From Camelus ferus (Eukaryota), in the NCBI RefSeq assembly GCF_009834535.1, contig NC_045697.1, forward strand, positions 21,392,001 through 21,456,000: a DNA stretch of 64,000 nt. Direction: 5' to 3'. Made by a program: the position numbers and the translations under genes. Positions 25,729 through 38,175 of the stretch are shown piece by piece. A model generated the notes under the pieces. It was not told the DNA's origin and did no database searches. It saw nothing but the letters and a program-made list of their open reading frames with translations. Position 1 is the stretch's first letter, and every line of letters begins with the position of its first letter.

Positions 25729-26439
25729 TGGAGAGTCCTTAAAAAACTAAAAATAGACTTACCATATGATCTAGCAATCCCACTTCCGGGCATATATCCA
25801 GAGGAAACTCTAATTCAAAAAGATACATGCACCCCAATGTTCATAGTAGCACTATTTACAATACAAAGACATGGAAGTAATCTAAATGTCCATCGACAGA
25901 TGACTGGATAAAGAAGTTGTGGTATATTTATACAATGGAATACTCTCAGCCATAAAAAAGAATAAAATAATGCTATTTGCAGCAACATGGATGCACCTGG
26001 AGAATGTCATTCTAAGTGAAGTAAGCCAGAAAAAGAAAGAAAAATACTGTATCACTTATGCTTGGAATCTTAAAAAAAAAAAGACACAAATGAACTTACT
26101 TACAAAACAGAAACAGACCCACAGACATGGAAAACAAACTTACGGTTACCAGGAGTAAGGGAGAGTGTGGAGGGATAACCTGGGATTTCAGGATTTGCAG
26201 ATACTAACTACTATTATAAAATAGATAAACAATGAGATTCTACTGTATAGCACAGGGAACTTTATTCAATATCTTATAATAACCTATAATGAAAAAGAAT
26301 ATGGAAAAGAATATATATATGTATTTCATATAATTGTTTATATTCATATATAGTTTCAGATAACTGAAACATTATGCTTTACACTAGAAAGTAACACAAC
26401 ATTGTAAATAACTATACTTCAAGTAAAAAATTTTTTTAA
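25729..26439 (+). mobile_element. 5'-truncated L1 (camelid type) with 18 bp TSD
   Basis: ORF 25919-26158 contains the L1 ORF2 C-terminal motif AIKKNKIMLFAATWMHLENVILSEVSQ. TSD aagagcaagtaatcatta (25711-25728) / aagatcaggtaatcatta (26440-26457), 16/18 identical. Confidence 0.92.
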
Positions 26440-28769
26440 AAGATCAGGTAATCATTACTGAAAGAAAAGAAAGACTCAAAGCCAAACAATATAATGATTT
26501 TAGGCAGTTCTTGAAGCCAAATTCAGGTACTTAAGTATATTTATAAAATGAGAGAAATAAGATTGTCCTATGAGAGATTTATGAAATCAACTATTCATTA
26601 ACATGAGCTCAAACGTGCAGAATCACCTCAAAGAGACAAAATGGTTACCAGGACACCAAAAATGTTTGTAACCATAATACAGGTATAAAATGCTAATGAA
26701 AGACCAGGCTGATAAAAGGTTGTAGACTGACAATGGATATACAGAGAGCAAAGGACAGAGGCAAACATTGGGAATACTTATCTTGACACCGTGCAGGGAA
26801 GTGTTGAACACTTTAGGACAAGGTATCCAGTTGTTCTAATGGAAAATTATGCCTATGTACATGAACATACCAGATTATCAAAATCTGACATCTTTAAGTA
26901 TTCTAATTATGCAAAAATGCTTGGTTTATTTCTCATTCATCAAGCATCTTTTAGGTAATTTCTATTCCCAGTTAACTTGTCTATGACTAAGAATGTGGTA
27001 GTTTTATATTTAGTTCATTGAACAGTGGTATTGTTCCTCATTTTTAATGGATTTCTATTTTAGCTTGATCCATTGGTTTTTATTTTCAGCTTTATTGAGG
27101 TATACTATTTGTCTCCTTTACAAAAGAAAATTGGTGTAGCTGAGAGCTGTTAAATCTGAGGACCTGATAAACAGAAATACCTGGTTTTAAAAGTTCATTA
27201 TTAGAGCCAGGATTTGAAAAAATATGTGCCTGGGAGGTCAGTAGATTCTCCCAGGCAGCATTCTCCAACTATAATGCTGAGTGCACCTCTTATTTGATGT
27301 TTTCAAAATACACAGAGTTTATAGTTTAACAGTACCCACATTAATATATTCTTGTGATAGGTGATGCAATGGATACAAGTGTGTGTGCATGTGTGTGAAC
27401 ATGAAGGAGAGGGAAAAACACTTTCTATAATTAATTTTTCTGTGGTACTGTAATTGAAGCCATAAAAACGTGATGCTGGGAAGATTTGGAATTAAGAACA
27501 GAAATGTTCCTCGTGTCACACATTCTCATTAGAAGCAAGGACATATTTTTGAGACAAAGCTATGTTGACACTAAGGCATGACCATTGTTATTATTTACCT
27601 AATTTATAATTATTTGTACAACTTATCTAACATTAAATAAAATTATCCCAACCCTCCTATATTATCCCAAGAGCCCAAGTATAAAAAGAAGATAAATGGA
27701 GACAAAAATCTGTCATTGATAAAATACCAAGAGGAAAGATTCTGTTGCTTTCAGAACTATGATATAGTAAACTGTATTTTCTGCCATTGTTACTTAACAT
27801 CAGTGCAATCATGATATTTTCAGCTGTTTTCCAGTACCTTGTACATCAGCTTGTGAAAATAATAGTCGCTCCTGAGACTCGGTTGTAGGAAATTTTATGT
27901 CACGGAAGGTTGTTGCAGAGGGAGCCAAGATTCTAAGGAGCAGTAAAATTTTAGCTGACTTTTAGAGTGACTGCTTAGAAGGAAAAAGTTAAACAGTGAT
28001 CGATGAGGAGTGTGAGATCCTAGAGGGATAAACATCTAACCAAAAAATGAACACAGAAATGGTTACTTTCAAATTCCTCATTTTAGGAGAAAAGATCCAG
28101 GAATGAATAATTTTATTATCTACATGCTTAATTTTCTTGTGCAAATAAATTTAGCAGATTATCAGGATTTGAACAGGACTCAGAATGATACTGATATTTT
28201 TCCAAGATGTTTATTATAGCTCCACCTTGAAGCATTTGAGATAATGGTTTCAGCTCTTTTGAGTGTATTTATGAATTTCCTATTTCCAGTGACTATAAAA
28301 TGTAATTGAAAGACTTGTTTAAATGCCATTTCCAAATGGAGCATGACCATATCACAGCACTACCTTATTTCGCTTTTGTTATTTCTCTCCCACGGGGAAT
28401 TACTCACTTAATATACATGTTCTCTGAGAAACTGGTAAGCTTCATGAGTCCATGAGAGCGGGATGGATAGTTGTTTGGTCTTATTTCTGAGCTCAAAGTG
28501 GCTGGCAGGACTATTTCTTGATTAATAATTGACTAATACCCAGTTGATAATTTGGGTAATGTTTTGCCAAAAGTGTGAGGATATCAAGGTTTTATTTTTA
28601 TTACAATGCAAGGCAATTCACTATACACATGTACAATGTTCTCAATCAAACCTATCCTGGCGTAGCACCCGGAAGGACTCACCTACACGCCCACCTTGGT
28701 TTGCGTAGACTTTTCTTAGTGAACACCATTCTTCCTTGGATTATCAGTGGTTAAGGACATATTTTATTT

Positions 28770-28950
28770 TAGGGATTGCAATCTGAGTGCCCACAGGGAA
28801 AAAACAAGTGTTGTAAATAATAAAACCAGACTTGAGTAATGATAGTCACAGTGTCACACTGGAAAGTCATCTAAAGAAAACAGGGACTACTTAACTCCAG
28901 CTAAGTGACAGTTTGAGAATCCATGCTCAGCACTGTCAAGACAATTGTTT
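28770..28950. mobile_element. Possible old hAT-type DNA transposon fragment
   Basis: 'tagggattgcaatctgagtgcccacaggga...tgtaaata' resembles the recalled terminus CAGGGGTTGCAAACTCAAATGCCTACAGGGG. Family uncertain. Confidence 0.35.
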
Positions 28951-31399
28951 CAGCTCATTTAATATTATGGAAGTTCCAAAAGTCATTATAAATACTTTAC
29001 TTTTTTTTCAACCTTATCTACATAGTATTAGGACAGCAAATGGACCATAGCAAGCATTGCATCCATCTGTTTGGATTAGTTATAGCATGCAATAAAATAA
29101 TATATTTTAAAAGATAAAATTGATCAAATTAAATAAATATGTATTTATTTGTTAGTTTACTAATGCTTCTCTATAAAGATATTAGATTATACCCATCATA
29201 TAAATGTCAAAATAGTCTACTCTGAGAATAGTATCAGAAGTGTGTATGCTGTAACGTACATCCAGTTATATATTCAGTGAAGATTATTTCAAGATGTACT
29301 CCCATTTCCTCTTAAAATGTTATAGCATAAAATTCAGATAATACAAGAGAATTTTACCTCCTCTACCCAAAGAGCCATTTCAAATACTGCAACCTAATAG
29401 TAATACTGAAAAAGTTGTTTTAATTCTAGAATTCATTAAACTGTAGTTGAGGTACTCAAAAGCAAGTATGACATCTTATTTAGTCTCTCATTTTCTAGTG
29501 CTAAACCCTATGTTTGTAGCCTATTAGTATGTCCAATGATGTCAATGAATTAAAGAATAGTTAACAATTAAAAACAACTTTTCTAAAAACAAACCATATG
29601 CAGTTAATTTACTAACAATAACCTTAAATATAAGTTTCTGAGGTGTTACAAAATAAATTCATATAGGTAAATGTGACCACCTTTCTCTTAGAAATACTTG
29701 GCTGAAACCCTCCAATAAGAGAATCCGGGACAGTTTTCCTTTTTAGACTCTGACCCATAACACACTCTCCTTTGCCCCGATTCCATATTTTCTTTCTCAC
29801 CTAAGCCTCAGCCTTGCACTAGTCAGATCATGTCTCTTGGACACATGCTAACTGAGAGTGCTCCCTTTTGGTACTCACCTTTCTAAATTACACCACTTAA
29901 AGTAGTTATTCAGTTCTAATAATAAAATTACATGTGTGACATCTCATACATTTCTTCGTGTTCCTTGTTAACCAATACACACACATTCTCTTTGTCGAAA
30001 GTCCATTCTAATGACAGTATGCTCGCTCCCAGGATGCTGTGATAAGTAACAAAAAAAAATCACCTTCGAAAACACTGGGCTCCTAATCTTGTATTTCATG
30101 ATCCCTTCTGCTGATTCTGAGTTCTCAGCTTGGCTCCCCAGCCTCCCTCCCTGTCCAGGGATGGGTAATAGGTAACACTCGTTAAGTTCCTCGGTCACCT
30201 TGGATGAATGAAAAAACATTGTTATTTTTTTGCACCTCAAACCTCTCATATCAACGACATAGTCCTTTAAAAATACATACAATGTAATTAATTGACAATT
30301 CTTATTTACAAAAAAATGGGTAAAATAATGAAAACCTCTTTATCCTTCAGGTGAAATAGGTAAAACACACATACACATGCACACAAACTCACAGAGCTAT
30401 GATTAGTTTAATCCCAAACCCAAATAGCATTTGGACCATTCCTTCTAACTATATATATATATATGAATTATTTTTGAAACATTTGGTGATTTATGGGGTC
30501 ACTAGAACCCAATATTTAAAATCGGGAATGCAATGAGAGAATAGATTGTAAATTTGTCATATAAGTAATTTGGAAACATTTGTTTATTTACTCTACACAA
30601 TCAGTAATATAACATATAATAGGTATAAATAAGCATACTCTTTTTCAAAACTTTTAACATATACTTTCCTTATGCCTCTTATTTTGACATGCACAGTCAC
30701 TTGAAAATAGAAAACTAAATACTCTCTTGAAGAGGGGACAAATCTTGTCACTTATTTACTACCTCATTATTTTACGTTTCAGAAAAGAGAAGCCATCTGA
30801 ATTTCACTGTGACTAATTTAATTAGACCAACACTGTAATTCTCAGTGTACATTCTACAACGTGTCTCTTTTTATTATATATTTTGGTCCTCTTATCAGAC
30901 AGAAATAAAAGGGAAATCTACATGCCTTGTACTTTTAAATTCTGCTTTATCCTTTTGTCTATTTTCTTATTTTAGATTACGTGTAACTTGGCCTCTCCCT
31001 CAACCTTCCATTTTCCTAAACTACACAATGAAAACTTGATCCTTATCAAAATCACAGTTTATAACATGATTATATAGTGATAAAACATCTCTATTTTATC
31101 ATATTAAGGAAGAAAAAAGGCAATATACGTTGATAAAAACTAGTCAAGAGGAATTAACCTCTGCTTTAATGTGAATGCTGTATCACAAAACAGTTCTGGA
31201 AAAATTTTTTTCTCCTGTACAGTTTTTAATTTTATTTCCCACCACATATTCCATTCTTCTTTTCTGCAAGATCATTATTTTACTTACAGTTATTTACTGA
31301 TCATCATTTTACCTATATTGCTTTCAGTTGGATAAACTAATATAAAATTGGGATATTTTCACTCCATCATGTAAACTAAATGTGTTTGAAAAAATACTT

Positions 31400-34000
31400 G
31401 TCTCCCATCACTGAACTCATTCACCCAGTTCACCCCATGACTTACAGTAGAAAAGAATAAACACTCTTTATAATTTTGTGTAATTTGAATTAAATTTTAA
31501 TGCTCTTCTAAAAGATGTCTTAAAATGTACACAATCCAATACAAAGCTACATTTATCTTCTAACTCCTTGGATTTATACAGAGAGAGGATGCTACTATAC
31601 ACATTGTTCTAAACTTCGATTTTTGCATTTAGCAATTTATCTTGGCAGCCTTCCCATTACAGCACATAAGTGCTTCTTCTCCTTTTTTTCAATCTTTGTA
31701 GTATTCCATTATAGAGATTTACCATGATTTATTTATACAATTCTCTGTTGATAGACGTTTGTGTTTCTTCCAATAATTTCCAATAAGTATAGACAATGAT
31801 GCATTGAGAAAATTGTACAAACGGTATTTTAAATATGTTCAATTATATATGTTATGAAATTTCCAGAATTTTAATTGTGAGACACAATAGTTCGTGAATT
31901 TTTAGTTTAATAGATATGCCCAAATTGCTGTCCATATAGGAGACATGGTCCCATCAGTCATAAATGAGTAGACCTGTTAGTACAGAGTTTAATCAGATAT
32001 TTATCTGTTTGCCAATCTGATAGGTTGAAATGTGCTTTTTTAATATTCTTTTTATTTTAAAATGATGGTGAGTAAATTTTCATATACTTGAGAATCTCTA
32101 TGATGTGCCTTTTAATATCCTTTGCCAATTTTTCTATTGAGCTATTTTATTTAATTTGTAGGAGCTATTTATGTATTGGGAGAGTTAGTTTTTATTATAT
32201 AAATATTTAAATATTTCTCAGTTTGTAATTTTACCTTTAAATTTTGCTTATGGTATTTTATGTCCTTCCCATTGTCTTTAATTTGTAGGTAGTTGAATAG
32301 ATATCAGCTTTTCCATTGTATCTTACGAATTTTGAAGGTTAGAAAGAATTTCAGCATTCTGATATTGTAAAATAATAATAACATATAATTTTAAAATATT
32401 TTGTTGCTTTTTTATCTTTAATCTTTGTAACATTTGAAAATCACGTTAATGTGATATTTGGGTTATGAATCCAATTAGATTTCATTTCCAGAAAGTTACT
32501 GAATTATAAAAAAAAAACAAATGTTGAATACTTGTCTTTCTCTCACTGAACTGAGATGTCATTACTAGCATATATTTAATATTTATGACTATTTTTATAT
32601 CTATAAATCAATTATTCATTTGCCTGGCATATGCCAATATTTTATTATTGTAATTATTAAAACTTTAAGATGCACTTTGCTTCTGGTAGAACAAGTCTCC
32701 CGTTATCATTCTTATTACGTTTTTTGGCTATTTTTGCAGCATGTTTTCTTAGGGTGTTGACTCCATATCCAGTGTCTCACGTCAAAGTTGGTTTCCTGCA
32801 TTTCTGTGGTCATTAGCAAGTTCCTTAATCAGTTTTATCAGCTAAAAAAATGAGAAAATAATATTACTTACCTTACAAGATGATGTTTATATTTAAGGGA
32901 CTCAAATAATGTCAGGCAAACACCACTCAACTGATAGCTCTATGATTATCAATTATTCCACAGGAATTATGCTATTACTTGTTCAGTTAAAATGCTACTA
33001 TATTAAAGGGATCATATTAATGAGATAGATATGCAGATTGATTTATGGGACAGTGATATTTTTATGATATTAAATAGTACTACACAGGAACTTAATATTT
33101 GCTTCACTTTATTCAAACATGTTCTTGGTTTGTCCAGAACATATATCCTTTAAATATGGAGCCAACATACTTCCAAATAAGTTTACTCTAAAGCAATTTA
33201 TATTTTGGGGGGTTCTTCATACAAACAAGATTTTTTCTCCCATTATCTCTTCTGATCGGTTAGTGTTTTGAAATACAAAATTATGAGATTTTGCATATTA
33301 ATTTTTGTGCCCTTGCAGTATAGCTGCAATCTCTTACTTGAAGTGGGTTTCCAATTTATGCAGTTGGATTTTCCAGGTACAAAACCATAGCATCTGAAAA
33401 TAGTGATTATTTTACTTTCTTCCCATTGTTTACTTTTAATGGATTTCTTCTCTTCTACTGCCTTGATTAGGATGTCTTAGTTTAGATGTAAATAATAGAA
33501 ATTATAGGGGCTTTCATGTTCCTCTTTCCCAGCTTTAGTGGAGACTTTTCTAGTATTTTTCAATTAAACATAATTCTGGCTTATACTAAAATAACTATAT
33601 TTTATTTTCCTAAGTTAAGTGAAGTTTGAATTTTAAAAGTGCCATTCTCAGCAACTATGGTAATTATCATGTTTTCATCATCTACATCTAATAATTTAAG
33701 GGACATTGTAAATTTTATCAATAGATTTCCTCATTTTGAAATATCAGTCCAATAAGCTTAATGGCTGTGTGCTTTTAATTGATTCTGTTTGCTAATATTT
33801 TACTTTAAATCCTGCACTAATATTAATAAATGACATCTCCCAATAGTTTTGTGTTCATTCAAAATTTTTAAATTTTGTGTAAGTTTAAAATAATATTAAT
33901 TAATGTTTCATATATTTTATTTCAGGTACTTCAAATAGAGTTAGGATGATTTTCTGTTAAATTGTGGTATAATTCTTCTATAAAATCATCTGGGCCAGAC
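31400..34000 (-). mobile_element. Old L1ME: 3' UTR and ORF2, fragmented
   Basis: 'gtattccattatagagatttaccatgatttatttatacaattctctgttgatagacgtttg', 'tttgccaatctgatagg', 'ggattttccaggtacaaaaccatagcatctgaaaatagtga' and 'aattcttctataaaatcatctgggcc'. Confidence 0.7.
32750..32950 (+). mobile_element. Degraded MIR-like segment
   Basis: 'agcaagttccttaatcagttttatcagctaaaaaaatgagaaaataatattactaccttacaagatgatg'. Confidence 0.55.
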
Positions 34001-34819
34001 ACTAAAAAGCATTAAAAAACTATTAAAATGGAAAATGTGACTTAAAATGAAATAGTTAACCTCAACCTTCCAATATATGCATATCTATAGTTGGTTTTAT
34101 TTTTTCTTTCCTTTTTTCCCTGTGATGTTCTTGCCAAGGAAGTTTTATCTCATCTGTTTCTTCATATTTTAATTTGAGCCATTCCATTTGTATTTGAGGA
34201 TTGTTTTTGTAGATGATGTACTACTTATTTATTTTTTTAGATAATTCTAGAAACTGGATTTTCCTGAACTTGCTCCTTACAGCTTTATAGTGGGAGAAAC
34301 TCAAGGAAAGACCAGAGTAGTGCTTTCACAAAACAAACAAACAAAAACTTTATTGTCTTAGGTAACTCAGAGACACCAGGTTTTAAAGAACAGAGGAAGA
34401 CATATCACACATGCAAAAATCACATCATATAAATACAGTGGCAATGAACGTTGAGAAACATTTTCACCTTTGCTTTTCTGTAACAAACCACATGCAGAGG
34501 TGCTTTTGCCACCAACTCATGTCACCTTGGTTTCCAAGCTTGTTGTTACAAGTAAGGAATACAGTTGTTTTTTGTTGTTGTTATTTGTTTGTTTTTCACT
34601 TTGAGTTTACTTTGAACTAAACTTCAATATTTTATTTTCACTTGCACTTAAAGCACAGGGAAATTCCCCTATACTATCTATCATATTTAAATGTGTATTT
34701 AGTTCTGTGATTATTAGTTGATAAATGTCTTCTACATCAGGTTTTAAACTTTATGAGAAAAGAAAAAAGCAATCTATGTAACTTATGGACATTAGGGTGG
34801 GGGCAATGTTTAGAGATGA

Positions 34820-35180
34820 CCCAATATGGGGAGTTAAGGAAGGCTTCACTAAGAAACAGTGTTTGACAAATGACAAGTTTCATGCTGCTTGGCAGAAAAT
34901 TCTAGAAAGAGTTACAATCAGATGGGAATGGGAAGGAAGACATATTTGAGGACTGGAAGAAAGTGAAACTTGTAGCAAAAAGATCAAGAAATGAGGCTTT
35001 AAAGGCAAGTAAGCATTAGGTAATTAAGACTTTGTGTATTAAATTTTATATTTTCCCAAGTGTAACAGGTAAGTTTTTGGACTGTTCCAAGTAAGTGGTG
35101 TATTTTTTTTAATTGCCTTCTGGATAAAGATAATTAGAAGGAGCACAAGAATCTCTGGGAGAGAAGTAGGAAGAGGCCAC
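34820..35180 (-). mobile_element. L2 fragment
   Basis: 'aaggaaggcttcactaagaaacagtgtttga' and 'aaattttatattttcccaagtgtaacaggtaagtttttgga'. Confidence 0.55.
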
Positions 35181-35499
35181 GCACTCAGGGCTCTCAGGGC
35201 ACACACCATCCTTCATTTTTCTAACGGTTGCCTACTGAAATAGATGATGGTGGTCTCCTTAGAATAGACACTTTGTGTTCAATGCCAGCCTATGGTTAGT
35301 GCTCCGTGAATATTACTTTGTCTATTGTTGCATTTGTATTCATTTTATTAGTATCTTTCCTTGTCCCCTATTTTCGAGTAAACATCAAGACTTAAATTTT
35401 GCCAAATCCATCCCCTTCAATCCTTGTACACAATTTTACTTCTTGTCCTTGTCATATAGGCATTCTGAGCTGTAGGGTCAGGAGCAAACGGTTCTGACT

Positions 35500-35594
35500 C
35501 CCAACAAGTGCCCCCATCTCCTAATACCATCACCATGATGGGTAGGATTTTAACATATGAATTTGGGGAGGACACAAACAGTTACTTTATAGCA
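35500..35594 (-). mobile_element. MaLR LTR 5' fragment
   Basis: 'ccccatctcctaataccatcac...ggattttaacatatgaatttggggaggacacaaaca...atagca'. Confidence 0.75.
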
Positions 35595-36189
35595 CTTACC
35601 TACTTATTTGGGACAGAAAAAAAATGTAAGTACTTATGTCTCTCAAAAATAGTTCAAATCATGGTAATTCCATTTATCTAATAATTAAGTTTTGTTATGT
35701 TTTTATTATATATTTTGCCACTTTTAAACACATAACTGAATGTAATTTTTAATTCATTTAAATTCATTGTTCATTATCTGGTGTTTGTTTCTTTAGTAAC
35801 TTTAAATTGGAGATTGACAGAAACTTGGCTAGTGATTTTCAAACTGATCATAAAGATCCTACAATAATTTTATCATCTTTGGCTATAAATGTATAAGGCA
35901 ATTTGCAATGACATTTTATTTTGCTGATTTTTACTGTCATTTCACATAATGAGTTTATTTTAAATCAAGCCCAGGCAGCCTGGATATGATATGATTGAAA
36001 TGTAACATGTGAATTAAAAGTCTCTAAATGAATTATGGAAGAATAATTAGACATTAACAAAAAGTGACTGTATGGAAATTGAGAGTCATATCTGGGAGAA
36101 TTAAAAGCAACATTATTAAATATAAAAAGCCTTGAGAAATGAAATATCATTTAACTACCTTTCCAAATATCTGGAATAGAAAATATTAT

Positions 36190-38175
36190 TTCACTCAAAA
36201 TATATGTAATTCCTAAATTCATCAATTAAGACAGAACTTGTCAGATCGGATCAAAAAACAAGAACCAACTACATGTTGTTACAAAAAGCTTAGTTTAAAT
36301 GTAAAGACATATATATAGATGAAATGTAAATAGATGGAGAAATATGTTCCATGCTAATCCTAGTAAGAAGCAAGCAGAATATATTAATTTCAAACAGTGC
36401 AGTCTTCATAGTGAGAAAAGCTATCAGGGATAAAGGTAATTACATAATGATACATAATGATAAAGGGGTCAATTCTCCAAAAACACATAACAATCCTGAA
36501 TCTGTACGTGCTAATAGAGCATTAAACTATCTGAGGCAAAAACTGATACAGTTTCAAGGAGATCAATGAATCTACCACCATATTTGGAGACTGCAACACC
36601 CTTCTAATAGAAATGGACAAGTCCAGCAGACAGAAAATGAGAAAGGACATAACTGAACCAACAGCGCCATCAGTCAACTGTATGTAACTGACATCTTTAA
36701 GTGGCTTCATCCAACAACAGCAGAATGCACAATTCTCTCAGTTCACATGGAACATTCATGAAGATAGAACACATTTTGGGCCCTAAGACACACTTTAACA
36801 AAGGTAAAATAATAGAAATCATAAAGTGTATTCTCTGAGACTTTAATGGAATTAAACTAGAACCGAATAACAGAAAGATAACTGAAAAATCCCAAATCAC
36901 ATGGAGTTTAGACAATACATATATTTAAATAATACATGAGTCAAAACAAATCTCAAGAGAATTTAAAAACATTTTTAACTAAATGAAAATGAAAATACAA
37001 CTTACCAAAATTTGTGTGATCTTATAAAAGCAATACTTAGAGGGAAACTTTTAGTATTAAATGCATACATTAGAAGAGAAGAAATATCTAAAATCAGTAA
37101 CCTAAGTTTCCACATTAGAAAACTTCAAAAGAGAAGAGCAAATTAAATCCAAATTAAGTAGAATAAAATAAATAAGTATTAAAACAAATCAATAAGAGTA
37201 AAAACAGAAAATCACTAGAGAAAACCAATGAAACCGAAAGTTGTTTTATTAAAAATATCAATGAAATCTATGTACCTCTAGCCAGGAAACAATGAAATAA
37301 GAAAGTTACACAACTTACTAATATCAGAATAAAAAAGGAACATCATTAGATCCTACAGACATTAAAATAAAGAAATACTATGAATAACTTGATGCCCACA
37401 CATTTGATGATACAGATGAAATATAACCTTCTAAAACAGAAAGCACCAGACTTAGATGGCTCACTAGTAAATTCTACCAAACAGGTAAGGAAAAAATTAT
37501 ACCAATTTTCTACAATCTCTTTCAAAGGATAGAAGCAGAGAGAATATTTACTAACTCGTTCTATGAAACCAGCATTACCCTAATACTAGAACCAGACAAA
37601 GACGTTATAAGAAAGTAAGACTACTGGCCAATATCTCTCATGAATGTAGGTGAAAAATCCTCAACAAATTATCAACAAATAGAATCCAACAATAAATGAA
37701 CAGAATTATATGCCATGAGCAAGTGAAATTTATTCAAGATATGAGAGTCTGGTTGAAAATTTGAAAATCAATAAATGTAATCCATCATACCAACAAGCTA
37801 AAAAAAAAACCAAATGGCCTATCTATAGCTGTAGAAAAAGTATTTGACAAAATCCAACAATCATTCATATAAAAATCCCTCAATAACCGAGAAATAGAAG
37901 GAAAGCTCCTAAACTTGAGGAAGACTAACACAAAAAATTTACAGTTAACATATTTAATAATGAGAAACTGGAAGCTTTCCCACTAAGTTCAAGTAGAAAT
38001 CAAGATGTCCCATCTCACCATTTCTTTTTAGCATCATACTGGAAATTACTGCTAATGCAAAAAGACTAGAAAAGGAATTAAAAGATGTATAGATTGGTGA
38101 AGAAGTCTTGAAAATCTTTGTTTACAGATGATATGATCGTCTATGTATAAAATTCAAAAGAATTATCAAAAATCC
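36190..38175 (+). mobile_element. L1 ORF2 relic: endonuclease through the RT catalytic motif, disrupted
   Basis: EN-like segments 'RDKGNYIMI', 'tttggagactgcaacacccttct' and 'gatagaacacattttgggcc'. RT-like segments 'ttctatgaaaccagcattaccctaatac' and 'ctactggccaatatctctcatgaat'. ttg ttt aca gat gat atg atc gtc tat = LFTDDMIVY (FADD motif) from 38118. Many stops and frameshifts, including a 10 bp tandem duplication at 36441-36460. Confidence 0.92.

Noticed and set aside
25919..26158. ORF with protein-like sequence (likewise 42163-42417 and 36351-36569)
   Set aside because: These are fragments of L1 ORF2, not host genes.
27227..27257. 10 bp inverted repeat tgcctgggag...ctcccaggca
   Set aside because: A single short hairpin, too short for a pre-miRNA, beside degraded MIR-like sequence. 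Plausible by chance.
27838..27932. Minus-strand 95 nt exon candidate (ILAPSATTFRDIKFPTTESQERLLFSQADVQ)
   Set aside because: The donor (GTACTG) is weak, the peptide is unrecognised, and no partner exons were found.
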